20,000 nt of DNA from the IMG/VR virus record IMGVR_UViG_3300043446_000587. The stretch is one strand, 5' to 3'. How positions within the stretch are numbered: the first letter of the stretch is position 1; every line of letters starts with the position of its first letter. The position numbers and the translations under genes are program-made. This document shows, one piece after another, positions 16,462-20,000 of the stretch. Source of the stretch: an uncultured virus (IMG/VR IMGVR_UViG_3300043446_000587) (Duplodnaviria > Heunggongvirae > Uroviricota > Caudoviricetes). The notes under the pieces were generated by a model. The model did no database searches, was not told the origin of the DNA, and saw only the letters and a list, made by a program, of their open reading frames with translations.

Positions 16462-17822
16462 GCGGGCAGGTATTTATCAGCGCGGCTGTTCTTAGCCACT
16501 TTACCCTTGCCTACGGTCTTACCACGAGCGGCTTGCACACGGTCCATCATTGCGTAAAGCTTACGAGCGCCAGCCTCTGTCGAGCCGTTGCCCAATTCAG
16601 AAACGATACGAGCAGGCACAACAAATTCACCATCAGCCAAACGAGCTGGCTGTTTACGCCCAATCACTGCTGGGATAGAGTCAGACACGCCGTCACCGGG
16701 ACCCTTCAATAGACGCCCACCGTCAGAGTAATCGCCAAGGTGAGAAAGGCCACCTCCAGCAAATGCAAAATTAAGGCTACCAAGACCTGCCGCAGCTGCC
16801 TGCTGCGCTTCGTTTAAACCAGAAGCTGCCGTGGCGTTGTTGTTCCCAGTAAAAGGACCGGGCTGACCCATCATCCCGCCGCCCTGATTCATTTGGCGAG
16901 CAAGTTGACCAAACTGGCCGCCTTCAGGGTTGCCATCGAAATCAACACGGCCTTGCAACTGAACGTTACCGCCTGCGGCGTAAGCCATACCGCCATCAGC
17001 CAACATCTGACCGCTCATGCGGTTTACTCCAGTGTCAGCAGTGCCAGCCACCACGTTTTGGCTTACAGGAGTTTGCCAAGGAGTTGCGTATGCGTGCCCG
17101 CTAATGTCAGCTTGAGGGTAGCCAGTGTTCATACCCACGGCATTTGCATTTGACATTTGTTCAACGGGACCGCCCCCTGCATACCCACGAATGGATTTGG
17201 CTTCTTCTGGGGAAATTTGTCTGTATCCGGCATTGGGGAAATAACTTTGCTGACGTCCAAAGTCTTGGCCCAGATTGTCGTAGCCGGGCACATCGGGTGC
17301 GGGTAGGGGTGTAGCTGTACCTTGATCGTAGCGCAAGCGCTGTGGCATTGTGCTGTCGCCTGCCTGCGTCTGTGGCTGTGGGGTCACCGCCATCGCGGGG
17401 GCAAGAGCTGCCAACCCAGCCATGCCTGCTTTTAAACCGCCACCCATTGCTGTAACTGCCGTAGATGGATTAGCGAATCCCGCGCTAAGTTTGTCCCAGT
17501 TTGATAGGCCCGCCATTTTGTCAGCAACACTGTTTTGCATTGCTTGGTTGTAAGCTTCACCGGTTAAGCCTTGTTTGGTGGCCTCTTCAGCCGCATTTGC
17601 GACTGCTGTTTTACCAAGTTCAGCCGAGCCAGCACCCATCAAACCGCCTGTTATTTGGCCCCCGCCGTAGGCGCTAAGACCCGCCAACATACCCTGCTGT
17701 AAACTGCCTGTTTTTTTAGCAGTCACCCCGCCAGCCAGCGCCATACCAAGATACGGGTTGCCAGTGAAATAGGTCGATGCCGCACCGGCTGCCATAGGTA
17801 AAAGTGAAGAAAGAAAGCCCAT
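16458..17822 (-). CDS. Gly/Ala-rich internal virion protein with C-terminal GPGDGVSDSIPA...GEFVV domain (454 aa from ATG 17822)
   Basis: ATG 17822 is preceded by GAGG, so it is preferred over TTG 17834. Hydrophobic Gly-rich N-terminus, repeated AxGG motifs, and a C-terminal motif resembling one seen in tape-measure proteins. Confidence 0.7.
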   Translation of the reverse strand: MGFLSSLLPMAAGAASTYFTGNPYLGMALAGGVTAKKTGSLQQGMLAGLSAYGGGQITGGLMGAGSAELGKTAVANAAEEATKQGLTGEAYNQAMQNSVADKMAGLSNWDKLSAGFANPSTAVTAMGGGLKAGMAGLAALAPAMAVTPQPQTQAGDSTMPQRLRYDQGTATPLPAPDVPGYDNLGQDFGRQQSYFPNAGYRQISPEEAKSIRGYAGGGPVEQMSNANAVGMNTGYPQADISGHAYATPWQTPVSQNVVAGTADTGVNRMSGQMLADGGMAYAAGGNVQLQGRVDFDGNPEGGQFGQLARQMNQGGGMMGQPGPFTGNNNATAASGLNEAQQAAAAGLGSLNFAFAGGGLSHLGDYSDGGRLLKGPGDGVSDSIPAVIGRKQPARLADGEFVVPARIVSELGNGSTEAGARKLYAMMDRVQAARGKTVGKGKVAKNSRADKYLPA

Positions 17823-17849
17823 AAAGCCTCGCAAATTAGGGGTTGACGA

Positions 17850-17878
17850 AGTCTATCATGTCAAGATAGAAGACACAA
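17850..17878 (-). promoter_or_regulatory. Possible internal extended -10 sigma70 promoter
   Basis: On the minus strand: TTGTGT (17878-17873), 17 nt spacer, TAGACT (17855-17850), with TG-n directly upstream (TGATAGACT). Confidence 0.4.
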
Positions 17879-18509
17879 ATGAAAGTGTTGCCACGACCGC
17901 AGGGATCGCAGGCATGGTGAAGGGGGAGGTAGACGCTGTAGTGGAATCAAAAGTTACAGCAGTGTTACTGACAGCCGCCCACATCTCAACCGTGTCATTT
18001 GCGCGCAACTGAACAAAGAAGTTAGCGGCCCCAATAACAAAACCGGGCGTTCCACCGTGGGAAGAAATTACATCAAACTTGCTGCCGGTACCGGCAATAT
18101 CCACGCCGTTTACGCGCAACCAAATCCATGCGGAATGGATAGAAGTGTCGGTGTTCTTAAACTGCACGCTGAACTGATAGTTATAAATGCCGTCTTGCAG
18201 TACTTTGATACCGTCGAGCCCAGTATTAGTTGCACCGTTGATGAAGTCCGTTGTCGGAAAAACAATCTGCGTTGCAGTGTTGGCGGTAAAGCTAATGTCC
18301 GTAGTGTTTTGAACTGCGGCGTATACGTTGTTAAGGTACTTACCGCCTTCTGGTGCCAACAGTGCAGCCAACCCATTACTGAGCTGGTTGAAATACAAAC
18401 GAAGCACGTTGGTGAGGTCGTCACCATAACGCTGGCTGTACTCAACCGGTGCCGCAGGTAGACGCGGCGGCGAAACCGTTTGTAGTTGATTGCGGGCTGT
18501 TGTAGCCAT
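17856..18509 (-). CDS. Small tail-associated protein with beta-rich (C1q/BclA-C-like) C-terminal domain
   Basis: 217 aa. N-terminal PRLPAAPVEY...LRLYFNQL; GIYNYQFSVQF, IWLRVNG and FVQLRANDTVEM resemble jelly-roll strands. TAATG coupling to the upstream gene. Confidence 0.6.
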   Translation of the reverse strand: MATTARNQLQTVSPPRLPAAPVEYSQRYGDDLTNVLRLYFNQLSNGLAALLAPEGGKYLNNVYAAVQNTTDISFTANTATQIVFPTTDFINGATNTGLDGIKVLQDGIYNYQFSVQFKNTDTSIHSAWIWLRVNGVDIAGTGSKFDVISSHGGTPGFVIGAANFFVQLRANDTVEMWAAVSNTAVTFDSTTASTSPFTMPAIPAVVATLSFVSSILT

Positions 18510-20000
18510 TAACGACGTCCATCTGGGCGCACATCAAGGCGCGGAGTACCGAGCTGCCAAGCAACGCCAAGGTCATTGGAGCTAACTTTGAACGCCATCT
18601 GACGTCCACGGATGCGCACGTAGGCATACTCAGTGAACTGCTGCACGTTGTATACGCGCTGACCAGAATAGTTATTGCCACTGGTGATTGTTGGGCTATC
18701 AGAGCTGCCGTAGTTTGTGCCGGGATTCTGGCGTGGGCGCACAGTGAAGTCCAATGAAGGGGCCGCTGTATCAGAGCCGTCAAAGGTTACATCAGGAATG
18801 ATACGCCACACAAGACCAAAATTATGGCCATCACCAATATCAAAGTCAGAGGACTGCACGTAAGCCTCGATAGGCGAAGCAGGTGTTGTAGTGCCGTCAT
18901 CGTTACCTGTCTCTTGGTAAATCAGTTGACCGTTATAGCCAGCCGCCATTGGCACTTCACGCAGGGGGCTATCCAACCAAGCAGTGCGGGCCAGTGTGCC
19001 GTAGTACCAAGTACGCTCAAGGTGGTTGAACACCACATACTTGTCGATTGTGTCGCTGTTGGCTGAACAATAGAACCACCAAATCTCGTTGTAGCCTTCG
19101 TTGGTGCTAGCAAAGAATTGGTACGACTGCACCAAGTTAATATCGTCAAACACATACTGCCGCAAAGAGCATGGCAGTGTTTCCACACGGCCAGAGTACA
19201 TATAGAACTTGTCTGCGCCCATCCAGTAGGTCACGTTGTTGGCTGTAGCCATGACGTTGGGACCAGCAATAGACAAATTGCTACCCATGATCTGGAAGCC
19301 CCAAACGTATGGGGGGCCAAGGTACTGCATTGAGTACAAGGCGGCATCAGTCCAAATCAAAATCTCTTGGCGGGTCTGCATAGCGCCAATGATCTCTGAG
19401 CCGTTACTCAGGCGGTAGTCACCGGCTTGGTTGGTAGGCGAGGGCGTCCATGTGTAGAACTCTTCTTGTTGCGACCAACGAATCTGCAAGGGGTCTTGTG
19501 TGGTGGTGGCGTACGCGCCCGTTGGGTCGTTTGTACCCATAGCAATTACGAAACGCGACGAGTCTGACACCATAACAATGTTGGCTACGGACGGGCATGT
19601 TGAGTCGATTGCCACAGATGACCCACGCACAGTGATAGAACTGCCAGCAACAAGAAGTTGCCCGCGATCAAACGTGTTGATGTTGTTATTAGTAGACCAG
19701 TAGTAGATGCCGCCGCCACGTGGGTTAAATATCAAATCTTGACCGTAATTGGCTTGGCTCCAGAGACGAAGTTGTTGCCCGACACCGGAGTTAGCGGCAG
19801 CGATACCCCAACCGTTCCAAGTGGATGCGACCTGTGTAACAGTAGCACCAGAAGTATGCGCCGCCGCAGTCGTACCATTTGCGCCACGAACGCAGCCAGT
19901 AAGCGTATTTGTTGACTTACCTGAGTATGTGATGGACTCGGTATCAATCACAATAGTGCCAGATGCAGAGAACGACGCGGCTGAAGTCAGGGTAATAGAT
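18509..20000 (-). CDS. Tail tubular/head-stabilisation protein (P22 gp10-like), 5' truncated by window edge
   Basis: The frame stays open to the window end (SITLTSAASFSASGTIVIDTES...). Trp/Tyr-rich propeller-like motifs: IRWSQQE, ILIWTD, TYWMG, EIWWFY, WYYGTLARTAW, RIRGRQ, WQLG. Confidence 0.75.
   Translation of the reverse strand, partial: SITLTSAASFSASGTIVIDTESITYSGKSTNTLTGCVRGANGTTAAAHTSGATVTQVASTWNGWGIAAANSGVGQQLRLWSQANYGQDLIFNPRGGGIYYWSTNNNINTFDRGQLLVAGSSITVRGSSVAIDSTCPSVANIVMVSDSSRFVIAMGTNDPTGAYATTTQDPLQIRWSQQEEFYTWTPSPTNQAGDYRLSNGSEIIGAMQTRQEILIWTDAALYSMQYLGPPYVWGFQIMGSNLSIAGPNVMATANNVTYWMGADKFYMYSGRVETLPCSLRQYVFDDINLVQSYQFFASTNEGYNEIWWFYCSANSDTIDKYVVFNHLERTWYYGTLARTAWLDSPLREVPMAAGYNGQLIYQETGNDDGTTTPASPIEAYVQSSDFDIGDGHNFGLVWRIIPDVTFDGSDTAAPSLDFTVRPRQNPGTNYGSSDSPTITSGNNYSGQRVYNVQQFTEYAYVRIRGRQMAFKVSSNDLGVAWQLGTPRLDVRPDGRR

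Noticed and set aside
18509..19951. GTG at 19951 as the start of the tail protein
   Set aside because: The frame remains open to the window edge, so the true start probably lies beyond 20000.

Overview
A 20 kb segment of a tailed dsDNA bacteriophage, with a podovirus-like gene set, in two convergent modules. The + strand (1-7368) carries DNA metabolism genes: an HNH-like protein, an SNF2-family helicase, small conserved proteins, a putative Cys-rich ssDNA-binding protein, an HTH protein and an AEP primase-DUF927-like helicase fusion. The - strand (7365-20000) carries virion genes: a P22 gp10-like tail/stabilisation protein (truncated by the window edge), a small tail protein, three probable internal/ejection proteins (454, 808 and 2064 aa) and a GNAT acetyltransferase. 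The most unusual items are: (i) a ~460 nt densely structured non-coding leader (444-884) behind a sigma70-like promoter, including a candidate type III hammerhead ribozyme with an expanded stem II; (ii) a 58-aa gene with a strong RBS overprinted inside the 2064-aa gene; (iii) a recurring AxGG motif plus a tape-measure-like GEFVV domain in the ejection proteins; (iv) a GNAT coupled to a protein with a leader followed by poly-Gly. All family assignments come from motif recognition by eye, and RNA pairings were derived by hand. No searches or folding programs were run.
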